DNA of 57,375 bases from Burkholderiales bacterium (GTDB lineage: Bacteria; Pseudomonadota; Gammaproteobacteria; Burkholderiales; JBEEJL01). Each line of letters opens with the position of its first letter. Position 1 is the first letter of the stretch. Both the position numbers and the translations under genes were made by a program. Positions 32,817 to 41,390 of the stretch are shown piece after piece. Location of the stretch: the NCBI GenBank assembly GCA_049698095.1, contig JBAVXA010000210.1, positions 1 through 57,375 on the forward strand, read 5' to 3'. A model generated the notes under the pieces. That model was not told where the DNA came from. It did not search any database and saw nothing but the letters and a program-made list of their open reading frames with translations.

Positions 32817-32826
32817 GCAATCCCTG

Positions 32827-33810
32827 ATGAATAACCTCGATCTTGTCCGCCACCTGACATTGCGCCAGCTGCAGATATTCGAAGTCGCCGCGCGCAACCT
32901 GAGTTTTGCGCGAGCCGCGGAGCAACTGCACCTGACGCAGCCTGCGGTCTCGATGCAAATCAAATTACTCGAAGATGCGGTCGGCACGGCGCTGTTTGAA
33001 CGCGTCGGCAAAAAGGTTCAGCTTACCGAGGCAGGCGACAAATTACTCCATCACGCGTCGCGCATTCTGGGTGAACTGAAGGATGCCGCGGCGGTATTCG
33101 AGTCGCTCACCGGTTTACAGTCGGGCACGCTGCATATTGGTCTCGTGAGCACGGCAAAATATTTCGCGCCGAAAATGCTGGCGAAATTCTCCGCGCAATT
33201 TCCACATCTGGATGTGAAGCTGGAAGTCGGCAACCGCGAGTTCCTGCTCAAACTGTTACAGGACAATGTCATCGATCTCGCCATCATGGGCCGGCCGGCG
33301 AAGGGGCTTGATGCCGTGGCAGAGCCGCTGGCGCAACATCCGCACGTCATTATCGCCAAAGTCGACCACCCGTTCCGCAACGAGAAAAGGTTTGATTTGC
33401 AGGAATTGCGCGGAGAGACTTTTTTGCTGCGCGAGCCCGGTTCCGGTACGCGCGTGGTCGCGGAAGAGATGTTCAAAAATCATTTGTTCAAGCCGAAAAA
33501 AATCGTCACCCTGGGCAGCAACGAAACCATCAAGCAGGCGGTCATGGCAGGAATGGGCGTGTCGCTGCTATCGTTGCACACGCTGGGCCTGGAATTGCGC
33601 AGCGACGTGATTGCCATTCTCGACGTGCTCGGTACGCCGGTCTCGCGCACCTGGCACGTCGTCAATATGCGTACTAAGAGTCTCTCGCCGCCGGTGTTGG
33701 CGTACCGGGCATTCATGCTGGACAATGCTGCGGAGTTTCTTGAACAGGAGTTCGGCCGTTATGTGGCTGAAAAGAAAATTCCGGCGAAAAAACTCCGGAA
33801 GAAGCCGTGA
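32827..33810 (+). CDS. cbbR: LysR-family regulator of the cbb operon
   Basis: Divergent from cbbL. HTH LRQLQIFEVAARNLSFARAAEQLHLTQPAVSMQIKLLE. Confidence 0.9.
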   Translation: MNNLDLVRHLTLRQLQIFEVAARNLSFARAAEQLHLTQPAVSMQIKLLEDAVGTALFERVGKKVQLTEAGDKLLHHASRILGELKDAAAVFESLTGLQSGTLHIGLVSTAKYFAPKMLAKFSAQFPHLDVKLEVGNREFLLKLLQDNVIDLAIMGRPAKGLDAVAEPLAQHPHVIIAKVDHPFRNEKRFDLQELRGETFLLREPGSGTRVVAEEMFKNHLFKPKKIVTLGSNETIKQAVMAGMGVSLLSLHTLGLELRSDVIAILDVLGTPVSRTWHVVNMRTKSLSPPVLAYRAFMLDNAAEFLEQEFGRYVAEKKIPAKKLRKKP

Positions 33811-33939
33811 CCAAGCCGGCAACTGTCGCGACATCTGGCGCGAACAGAAAACTTCGACATTAAAAGTAACTGCTGTTTTGGGATAAATTTTCTGTGCGCA
33901 GCGTCGTTGCGCAGCAGTATTGGCTGGAGCGTAGTGGCA

Positions 33940-34362
33940 TTAAGCAAAAAACTCCAAATTGACGCCGACCTGTTTAGCGTCCGGCACGATACCGGTTTTG
34001 GCAATGCTAATTTTTACCCACGGCGCGTGGAATTCGTTAATGATCATGCGACCGAGATGCTGGCCTAATCGTTCCAGCAGAAAAAACTGCCTGATCACCA
34101 GCTCTTCGCGGATGCGTGCCACCACCAGCGCGTAATCCGCCGTGTCGCTGATATCGTCGCTGAAACACGCTGCCGTGTCGCGCATGCCGATTTCCAGCTC
34201 AAACTGCAGGGTTTGCGGCGCGAGGCGCTCGTAGTCGTAAACACCGATAATCGTCGGCAACTTGAGCTCGCGAATAAACACGCTGTTGTTGGTGTCGCGG
34301 TTTTGCGGCGGCAGGGCAACCGGAAATTCCGGCTTGAACTGGGTAGGCTTATCGGAAAACAT
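33940..34362 (-). CDS. folB: Dihydroneopterin aldolase family protein
   Basis: 140 aa. IGVYDYERLAPQTLQFELEI and the tunnelling-fold pattern resemble FolB. Carries an N-terminal extension of about 25 aa. Confidence 0.65.
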   Translation of the reverse strand: MFSDKPTQFKPEFPVALPPQNRDTNNSVFIRELKLPTIIGVYDYERLAPQTLQFELEIGMRDTAACFSDDISDTADYALVVARIREELVIRQFFLLERLGQHLGRMIINEFHAPWVKISIAKTGIVPDAKQVGVNLEFFA

Positions 34363-34405
34363 AATGGTCCTTCATTGTTTCGGGTGACTTTTGCGAATTG
34401 TAAGC

Positions 34406-35347
34406 TTATTTCGAAAACTCATGGGACTCAATTTCCAGATATAAATTAAAGACATTCCTGCGATGCAACACATCATATAATGCCCATTTCGAATAAGCGG
34501 GCAGATTCGCCAGCTTTGTCGCCTCGCCGAGGCTCACGCCGTCGCGATAAAATTTTTCCGTTTGCGCTTTAAGCGCGCGCAGGTAGGCGGACACTTCTGC
34601 CATGCGCGCGGGCTTCGACACCGGTCCGTGCCCGGGAACGATTTGCTTCAGCGGCAATTTTCCTGCCGACTCGATTGCGCTAAGCCAGCCATCGATTTTC
34701 GCTTCGCGGGTTTCCGGCAGGCGGTCAAAGCTGAAAAGATCGCCGCTGAACAAAACGCCGCTGGCGCGGTCATAAACAAGTAGCGCGCCGGGCGCTTGGC
34801 TGTGGCCGAAATACAGAATGTCCAACTCGCGGCCAGATATTTTTACCTGGATCGAACGATCCAGGATCAGCGTCGGACGGTTGACCCTGGTGCCTTGCAT
34901 AATGTCTTCGCCGATATTTTTTTTCAGGTTGGCAAGGCAGGCGGCGCAGTGTTCCAGCATAGATTTATCGGCATCGCGATGACTGACAATGGCGATATTG
35001 CGCCGCTTGAATGCGCCGTTGCCAAGCACATGGTCCTGTCCGGTAAAGGTTGTGATGACCAGCACCACCGGTTTGTCGCTGACTTTTGCGATGGCGCGCA
35101 ACATGTACTCGCCGTATTCGTCGCTGCTGCCGGTGTCGATGACGATAATACCGTTGTCGCCGACGATGAATCCCTGGTTCGCCACCGCGCCGCGGTTTTG
35201 CGCACTGGCTTCTTCGGTTGCGCCGATAAACGCATAAACATTCGGCGCAACTTTGCACGGCGCAGGGAAATCAGCCCACGCGACGGGCGCGAAAATCAGC
35301 CACAATAAAAACGACAGGGAGAGTTTCCGGCAAAAAGAATGGTTCAT
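34406..35347 (-). CDS. Exported metallo-beta-lactamase-fold protein, SoxH-like, with a degenerate metal motif
   Basis: Signal peptide ends AWA. Paralogue of the 53572..54519 product (shared GFIVGD, VIDTG, PGHG, RRNV blocks), but HxHxDH is replaced by TFTGQDH. Confidence 0.8.
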   Translation of the reverse strand: MNHSFCRKLSLSFLLWLIFAPVAWADFPAPCKVAPNVYAFIGATEEASAQNRGAVANQGFIVGDNGIIVIDTGSSDEYGEYMLRAIAKVSDKPVVLVITTFTGQDHVLGNGAFKRRNIAIVSHRDADKSMLEHCAACLANLKKNIGEDIMQGTRVNRPTLILDRSIQVKISGRELDILYFGHSQAPGALLVYDRASGVLFSGDLFSFDRLPETREAKIDGWLSAIESAGKLPLKQIVPGHGPVSKPARMAEVSAYLRALKAQTEKFYRDGVSLGEATKLANLPAYSKWALYDVLHRRNVFNLYLEIESHEFSK

Positions 35348-35442
35348 TTAGCGGGGCCAGGTAGTATGTTTTGCGGCGGCTTGCGTTAGAGCATAGGCAA
35401 CATGTTAGCATTACCCTATTGTTTATTTCAGGAGTAGCTTAA

Positions 35443-35790
35443 ATGAACGTTTCCAAAGTATTGGTTTTACTCGGCGGATTGTGTTGTTTGCCAACGGTCG
35501 CGTCGGCGCACGACTATCCGACTGCCGACCGCGTCGAATATGTGCTCGAGTGCATGAAGGACAACGAAGGCAAATACGAGTACGTTTACAAATGCTCCTG
35601 CGCCATCGACGCTATCGCCAAAGAAATGCCCTACGAAGAATACGTCGACAGCTCGATGTCGCTGCGCAACCAGAATCTGCAGGGCAACCGCGGCGCAATG
35701 TTCCGCGACCCTGAGTCGGTGAAAGACATGGCGAAAAAATACAAAGCCGTAAGGGAAAGCGCCAACAAGCAATGCTTGATTAAAAACTGA
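35443..35790 (+). CDS. Small exported Cys-containing protein, unknown function
   Basis: 115 aa. Signal peptide ends ASA. Five Cys in the mature part. I recognise no family. Confidence 0.6.
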   Translation: MNVSKVLVLLGGLCCLPTVASAHDYPTADRVEYVLECMKDNEGKYEYVYKCSCAIDAIAKEMPYEEYVDSSMSLRNQNLQGNRGAMFRDPESVKDMAKKYKAVRESANKQCLIKN

Positions 35791-35801
35791 TTCCGCGAGT
35801 T

Positions 35802-36344
35802 ATGCTGCGCCTAGAAAATATTAAATATAATCAAATACTTATAATTTTCCTGCTGGCGGGATGTTTTTGCCTGCCAGCGCGTGCGCAGGAGGCGCCGCGC
35901 AAAACCATCGCCATGCTCGAATTTGAGATCGTTGACGACACCCTCGACTACGACGCCGTCCCGGCGCAAAAGCAGCGCCTGAAACTTATCAGCCAACAAC
36001 TGCGCGACGAATTCGAACAGAAGAAATTTTATGAGGTTCTCAGTAACGAACCCGCCACCGCGCTGATAGCCGACTACCAATCCAAGGTCAAATACCTTTA
36101 CGACTGCAACGGCTGCGAAATCGACATCGCCAAAAAACTCGGCGCGCAACGCGTGCTGACCGCATGGGTGCAGAAGGTCAGCAACCTGATTCTGAATATC
36201 AACATCGAAATCAAAGACGTCACCACAGGGCAGGTTGTCGTCAACAAATCATCCGATATACGCGGCAACACCGATCTGTCATGGCAGCGCGGTATCACCT
36301 CGATTGTGCGCAGCATGGAGGAGAAAAATCAGGGCGGGAAGTGA
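35802..36344 (+). CDS. Exported protein of unknown function (possibly DUF3280/DUF2380-like)
   Basis: 180 aa with a signal peptide ending ARA. The N-terminal codons are supplied by an AT-rich repeat copy. The family assignment is from memory only. Confidence 0.55.
   Translation: MLRLENIKYNQILIIFLLAGCFCLPARAQEAPRKTIAMLEFEIVDDTLDYDAVPAQKQRLKLISQQLRDEFEQKKFYEVLSNEPATALIADYQSKVKYLYDCNGCEIDIAKKLGAQRVLTAWVQKVSNLILNINIEIKDVTTGQVVVNKSSDIRGNTDLSWQRGITSIVRSMEEKNQGGK
35822..35845 (+). repeat. AT-rich junction repeat, copy K
   Basis: taaatataATCAAatacTTAtaat; exact IHF-type core. Translated as ENIKYNQILII at the N-terminus of ORF 35802. Confidence 0.8.
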
Positions 36345-36522
36345 GAGAAATATTCGAGTGCCTGAGATCAGCCAAGAACAGTCATGCGAAATGTTTCTTG
36401 ACAATAAACGCCACAAAAGCAGAGGTCTGACTTGAATCATTGACCTGTTGAAATTTCGCCAATCATAGTTATAAAGGGTGAAGTTCAAAGTTCGATCTTT
36501 AAGCTATTAAGTTGAAACGTAG

Positions 36523-37677
36523 TCAAGGAGCGAAGCGGGCGCCCTCATATAACGGCGAATTACAGACTGGTGCGCCGGGCACCGCAGTTCCGCATAGCGC
36601 GTATCTTGGTGTTCGTGTCGCGTCCCATAATCCCCATCCGTCGTCTGCCGCTTTCCAGGCTTCATCTGTCGCCTCAAAATATAAAATCGTCTTCGGTCCG
36701 GCGCCGCTGGCCTGCCAGGTATTCATCGAGTCGAAATACATTTTGGCATTGATCGGGTTAGCGCAACAGGCCTCTAAGGGATTGCCTGGATTGGTGGCTA
36801 ATGCTTTCCAGCCTGTTTCGCCTATTATTATCGGGAGGTTAGATGCTGCGCCGTGGGTTGAGATGTAATTGGCGACCTGGGTATAGGTTGATTGAGCGTT
36901 GGCGAGCGCCGCATTCATCATAGCGTCAGCGCTGCCAGCACCTCTGTAATTCCAACGACCGATGTTGCTCATCGGGTAGGTGTGCATCGATACGAAGTCG
37001 AGCAAAGGCAATATTGAGTCGGGTAGTTCTGTTGGACCCGACAGGCCTGCAAAGAAGGTGTAATCGTCATCGGCCGTAACAGGTTGCAGCACGTTCTGCT
37101 TTACCGCAGTTATATAGCCTTTCAGGCAGTTGACAGGCATAAAAGCACTGTAGAAAGAAGTCTCATTGCCGACACTGACTGTAACGACGTTCGAATAGCT
37201 GTTCGCTTGTCTTATTGCGTTTAGTACAGCCTTAAAGTTTGCCTCGCTCGTGCAGGTCGCTTGTTGTGCGGGGGCTATTCCTTCGAGAAAAATGCCAAGT
37301 TGAAATTTTAAGGCAGGAAAATTTGCAGCGGCGACGCGAAGATAATTTTCATGGGAAAGGTCAGTATGGAATGTACGCAGCAGGGTATAGCCTGCAGCAC
37401 TTAATAACTGAAGATCTTCTGTGATTTGCGCATCGGTTGGGATTTCATTGGCGCTGGGGCCGGCACCGCGATATGCGCTGTAGTTGATCGCCTTGACTGT
37501 GTTGGTATAAATGGCGGGCAGAGGGCGCGTGGTTAATGGGTAGTTCGCATTGGGGTAGGTTTGATTGGGTTGATTGCCGGTGACGCCGTCGGCGCCACAA
37601 GTTGCAAGCAAGACGCACAACAAGGCAAAACATACGATGCGGAACTTGCTGACTAGGTTTGATACTGAAATAAACAT
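36523..37677 (-). CDS. Glycoside hydrolase family 17 (beta-1,3-glucanase / glucanosyltransferase), lipoprotein
   Basis: Lipobox LLATC. GH17 catalytic signatures VSVGNE and IIIGETGW. The start is set at ATG 37677; a TTG lies at 37692 in the track. Confidence 0.8.
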   Translation of the reverse strand: MFISVSNLVSKFRIVCFALLCVLLATCGADGVTGNQPNQTYPNANYPLTTRPLPAIYTNTVKAINYSAYRGAGPSANEIPTDAQITEDLQLLSAAGYTLLRTFHTDLSHENYLRVAAANFPALKFQLGIFLEGIAPAQQATCTSEANFKAVLNAIRQANSYSNVVTVSVGNETSFYSAFMPVNCLKGYITAVKQNVLQPVTADDDYTFFAGLSGPTELPDSILPLLDFVSMHTYPMSNIGRWNYRGAGSADAMMNAALANAQSTYTQVANYISTHGAASNLPIIIGETGWKALATNPGNPLEACCANPINAKMYFDSMNTWQASGAGPKTILYFEATDEAWKAADDGWGLWDATRTPRYALCGTAVPGAPVCNSPLYEGARFAP

Positions 37678-37775
37678 AAATAGTCCCTGCAAATTTTAGT
37701 CAAAATAAAATATGGAGTGCGAATAGATTCTAGTTGTTTCAACGTGAATTGTTTGCTCGCGGGCAAAAAAATTAT

Positions 37776-37799
37776 TCAATAAAAACAAATAGTTACATT
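37776..37799 (+). repeat. AT-rich junction repeat, copy L (degenerate)
   Basis: tcaataaaAACAAatagTTAcatt. Lies at the porin/GH17 junction. Confidence 0.5.
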
Positions 37800-37827
37800 T
37801 ATACGGCCAGATTAAAAATAGGTCTGA

Positions 37828-39180
37828 TTAGAACGTCAGGCCAGCGCCTAGCGTCAACGAAGTAGCCGATGAGTTAGAACGCGGATCGACGCCAAAAAAA
37901 GCCAACTCGTTCGGCATGCTCAAGGGCGCGGGACCCTTACGCCCAAAGCGCACTTGCGAGAGGCCGGCATACACTTGCATGTTTTTGTATACCTCGGGCA
38001 ATTTCCGGTTTATCCCCAAGTTGATGTATGTCGCGGTATTGCTCTGTCCATATTCAGTTGGCGTGCTGGTATAGGCTTTGTTGAGCCTTACGAAGCCGGT
38101 GGTGTAGGTCCATAGCCCTTGAAAATGACTGATACCGCCCATGAAATCCACCGACCATGCAGCATGCCCACGATTGTCTGAGGCGTTGTTGAAGCCGGAA
38201 GGAAAGTAGCAGCCTACCCCCGGTACGAAATCGCATTGGTAAGCCACACCGGACCAGGCATTTCGCCGAGCTCCGAGTGTGGCTTTCCAATTTGGATTGA
38301 AATAGTGATCGCCTTGAATAATATGAACATTCTCAGTGGGTCGCGTATAAATGCCGGGCACACCAGGAACGATGCCTTGACCGTCTGCATTGCCCACATC
38401 GCCGACGAAGGGACCTTTTGCAAACGAAGACTGTTGTCCGCCACGGCTTTTTTGAAAAACGTACTCAACCAAGTTCGCGCTGTCGGAATATTGCACAAAT
38501 ATTTCGCCTAACTTAGGTCGCGGCGGCGCTTGGTTAAAGTTGGTGCTGGAGAGAAAAGCGCTACGCGCGTAGCGAATATCGTTGGTGGCATAGGTGCCTT
38601 CGAGATAAAGTTTTCTTCCACCGTCGAGTTCAAACATCGGGCCGTTGTAGCGAACTGCTTTGTTGAAGAAGCCATAGCCCGCGCCGCTTTCACTCCATGG
38701 GCTCGACATGCCGAGCGGGTAGCTGAAACTATCGGAGCGAGACCACGAGCGCGACAGCATTTTACCCGCTCTGATTTCGCCATAAACAGGATGGCTAACG
38801 GCAATATTTTGCTCCGTCACTTTCTCCTCGAAAATATCCGCTTTGCCATTACGCAAACGGTAAGTCAGGCGGCTATCAATTTTCCAGGCTGAATCAAATT
38901 CATGCGACAAGCCGCCGCTAAGTTGCGTCAGAAATAGTGAAGGTGGGCTTTTGGTCTCTGATGATCCGGGCTGACAAAAAGTGCCGAACACGCCGCGGGG
39001 ATCATTGGTGAATCCGCAGTTAACCAAGCCAGTTGATTGATTGGTTGCGCGCGAGGCTTCTGCTTTGACGAAGCCTGAAACACTGATCTTGGCAACGTCG
39101 CCCAAGTCGTAGGTTAGTTCCGCAAAGGCGAGCTGGCTAAAAAGGGCAATTCCAAAAGGCGCAAAAAAAAGGCGGTTCAT
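37828..39180 (-). CDS. Outer-membrane beta-barrel porin
   Basis: Signal peptide ends AFA. Alternating amphipathic strands. C-terminal LTLGAGLTF with a terminal Phe. Confidence 0.75.
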   Translation of the reverse strand: MNRLFFAPFGIALFSQLAFAELTYDLGDVAKISVSGFVKAEASRATNQSTGLVNCGFTNDPRGVFGTFCQPGSSETKSPPSLFLTQLSGGLSHEFDSAWKIDSRLTYRLRNGKADIFEEKVTEQNIAVSHPVYGEIRAGKMLSRSWSRSDSFSYPLGMSSPWSESGAGYGFFNKAVRYNGPMFELDGGRKLYLEGTYATNDIRYARSAFLSSTNFNQAPPRPKLGEIFVQYSDSANLVEYVFQKSRGGQQSSFAKGPFVGDVGNADGQGIVPGVPGIYTRPTENVHIIQGDHYFNPNWKATLGARRNAWSGVAYQCDFVPGVGCYFPSGFNNASDNRGHAAWSVDFMGGISHFQGLWTYTTGFVRLNKAYTSTPTEYGQSNTATYINLGINRKLPEVYKNMQVYAGLSQVRFGRKGPAPLSMPNELAFFGVDPRSNSSATSLTLGAGLTF

Positions 39181-39200
39181 TTATTTTCTCGGGGCGGATG

Positions 39201-39237
39201 AAAAGCGAAAGGGTGTTCGGTTTCGAACACCCTTCGC
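39201..39237 (-). terminator. Rho-independent terminator or attenuator between the lipoprotein and porin genes
   Basis: Minus strand: gcgaagggtgttcg / cgaacaccctttcgc stem (one bulge), loop aaac, then TTTT. Confidence 0.6.
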
Positions 39238-39278
39238 CTAGGCAGTTTACATTTTCTGCAAGCTATTAAAGACTAAAC

Positions 39279-40070
39279 TTACAGACCCAGTGCTGTCTGG
39301 TCTGCAGCCGACACCGCACCTGCGAAGCCAATCATGCCGACGGCGATGGTGTTGTATTCGCCCGGAGCCACGGCCTTATTTTTATCGCCGACCACTTTGA
39401 CGGCAACCGTAGTAATGCCGCCGGATTGTAATGCCGCCAACGTTCCTTTGGAGCAGGTAAAGCTGCTTAATGGCACGGCGTAAGTGCTGACGCCAAGAGC
39501 AGATTTGGGGCCGGCACCAACGCTTCTCAGCGTTACATCGGCTGCGCAATCATTGGTGGCCGCAGTGGCACCGACAGCATTATTGAGATCGACGGTGAAG
39601 ACGTTTGAATTATTTGGAGTGGTATTTCCCATCTGAATCAAAAGTGTCGTTGCGGTACTGATGTCAAAAGTGCCATTGAGCGGCGCCAGAACGGCAATGT
39701 AGGAAAAATCCGCGGCAGTGTTAGGGGCAACCGCAGTTGCCCTTGATTGTAAATTGTAAAAACCGGTGCGATTCATGTCGGCTTGGGGAGAGCTATAGTC
39801 ACCGTAGATCAAATTGCCGCCGAATCCCGCATAAACATCGCCGCCCTGAATCGAACGGAGGAAAGCACCGTTGGTTTGGGCCGCGTAAGCAATATAGGTA
39901 GAAGCAAAGAGTGAAAACGGGCTAACCGTCACGCCTGCACCCCCACCGCCACCTGCTGTTGTCGTGGTGCCGCCCCCGCCGCAGGCTGACAGGCCAACAA
40001 TCCCGGCCGCAGCAATTCCGGCAACGATCGTTTTCATCGAAAATTTAAAATTTGATTTAGCTAGAAACAT
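39279..40070 (-). CDS. Lipoprotein of unknown function with a Gly/Thr linker
   Basis: RBS GGAGG 6 nt before ATG 40070. Lipobox GLSAC followed by GGGGTTTTAGGGGGAG. I recognise no family. Confidence 0.65.
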   Translation of the reverse strand: MFLAKSNFKFSMKTIVAGIAAAGIVGLSACGGGGTTTTAGGGGGAGVTVSPFSLFASTYIAYAAQTNGAFLRSIQGGDVYAGFGGNLIYGDYSSPQADMNRTGFYNLQSRATAVAPNTAADFSYIAVLAPLNGTFDISTATTLLIQMGNTTPNNSNVFTVDLNNAVGATAATNDCAADVTLRSVGAGPKSALGVSTYAVPLSSFTCSKGTLAALQSGGITTVAVKVVGDKNKAVAPGEYNTIAVGMIGFAGAVSAADQTALGL

Positions 40071-40161
40071 GGCTACCTCCAGAAAAGTTTTATGTTTAAC
40101 GTATGCTGCCCGAAAGCCCGATGAAAACGAATAATGTAGGTTCATTGCCTATCCGGAAAAA

Positions 40162-40177
40162 ATGAAAGCGCTTTCAT
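40162..40177. promoter_or_regulatory. LacI-type operator ATGAAAGCGCTTTCAT (copy 1)
   Basis: Perfect 16-bp palindrome in the divergent region between the lipoprotein operon and the esterase gene. Identical to the site at 49318..49333. Confidence 0.7.
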
Positions 40178-40449
40178 AAAGCTGAATCATTGTACCCGTG
40201 TTGGTTAAATTTGCAATAGTTCCACAGCGTAAATCTAGGGGACGCGAAAATTGAAAGTTGGTGTTTCCCTAAAGATGCGAAGTGTTTGATCCGGGTCGTT
40301 GATTTGCAACAGGAATTCGGCAATGATGCAGTTATGCACGGTATAAGTTTCGCCAATATGGTTTCTTTGTGCGATGCACAAAAACAGTAATGTTTCTTCG
40401 AAATTGCTGAATCATGTAAAGTTAATTGCTCAAGTTTCCTGACTTCAAA

Positions 40450-41337
40450 ATGATCCAAAATCTGATTCCCTTTGTGATTTCGACGTCACGCTCCTTGCTC
40501 ATGAGCGGATTGGCTGTATCCGCTTTTTCAACGTCTGCGAGATCTGAGATTATCGAACATACCGTCCGCGTTCCAACCGTGGTCGAAGGAGTCGCCGGTA
40601 TGGTGGTTGAGCGTCAAATGGTGTTGACCATCGTGCGCGATACTAACCGAAGAAAATCGCCATATATTATTATCCATCATGGCCGGCCAGAGAGCCCTGA
40701 TCGCTTTGCGGTAATGGGCCAGCAGAAATATCCGGCCAATGCGAATTACTTTGTATCCAAAGGTTTCGTGGTGTTGATTCCAACCCGGATAGGCTACGGC
40801 CTGACCGGCGGGCCAGATATCGAATACACCGGCGAATGCGATCACAAAAATTATCTTCGCGGCGTTGCGCCGATTGTGAGCGAAACAAAACAAATTTTAT
40901 CCTACGCAGCAAAACTGCCTTACGTAGATACGGCGCGCGGATTGGTGCTGGGAGAATCTTTCGGCGGTATCGGCGCAATCGCGGTTGCATCGAGCGAGCT
41001 TCGTTCGGTGGCGGGCGTTGTCAATATCTCGGGCGGCGATGGCGGCAGCCTCGATCGTCTCGAAAAGCCTTGCCGCCCCGACCAGCTGCGCGATGCGTTT
41101 GCGCAGTATGGGGAAACCAATCATTTTCCCAGCTTATGGCTATACAGCCTGAATGATCGATTCTGGGGCACTCACTACCCGAAGCAATGGTTTGAAGCAT
41201 TTAAACATGCCGGTGGAAATGGTGAGTTTGTACGCCTTCCTGCGGATAAAAATAACGGCCACTATATTTTCGTCCGAAATCCTGACGCATGGCATCCTGC
41301 CTTCGAAGCCTTTATGCATAAGGTAGGTTTTCGGTAG
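40450..41337 (+). CDS. Exported alpha/beta hydrolase (dienelactone-hydrolase/esterase-like)
   Basis: Nucleophile elbow LGESFGG and a signal-like N-terminus. The start is set at ATG 40450; a TTG lies at 40426 in the track. Confidence 0.7.
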   Translation: MIQNLIPFVISTSRSLLMSGLAVSAFSTSARSEIIEHTVRVPTVVEGVAGMVVERQMVLTIVRDTNRRKSPYIIIHHGRPESPDRFAVMGQQKYPANANYFVSKGFVVLIPTRIGYGLTGGPDIEYTGECDHKNYLRGVAPIVSETKQILSYAAKLPYVDTARGLVLGESFGGIGAIAVASSELRSVAGVVNISGGDGGSLDRLEKPCRPDQLRDAFAQYGETNHFPSLWLYSLNDRFWGTHYPKQWFEAFKHAGGNGEFVRLPADKNNGHYIFVRNPDAWHPAFEAFMHKVGFR

Positions 41338-41390
41338 ATCATGAGATTGCCGGGCTAGAGAACTAACGCAGATAAGCCTTGGCGATCGGT

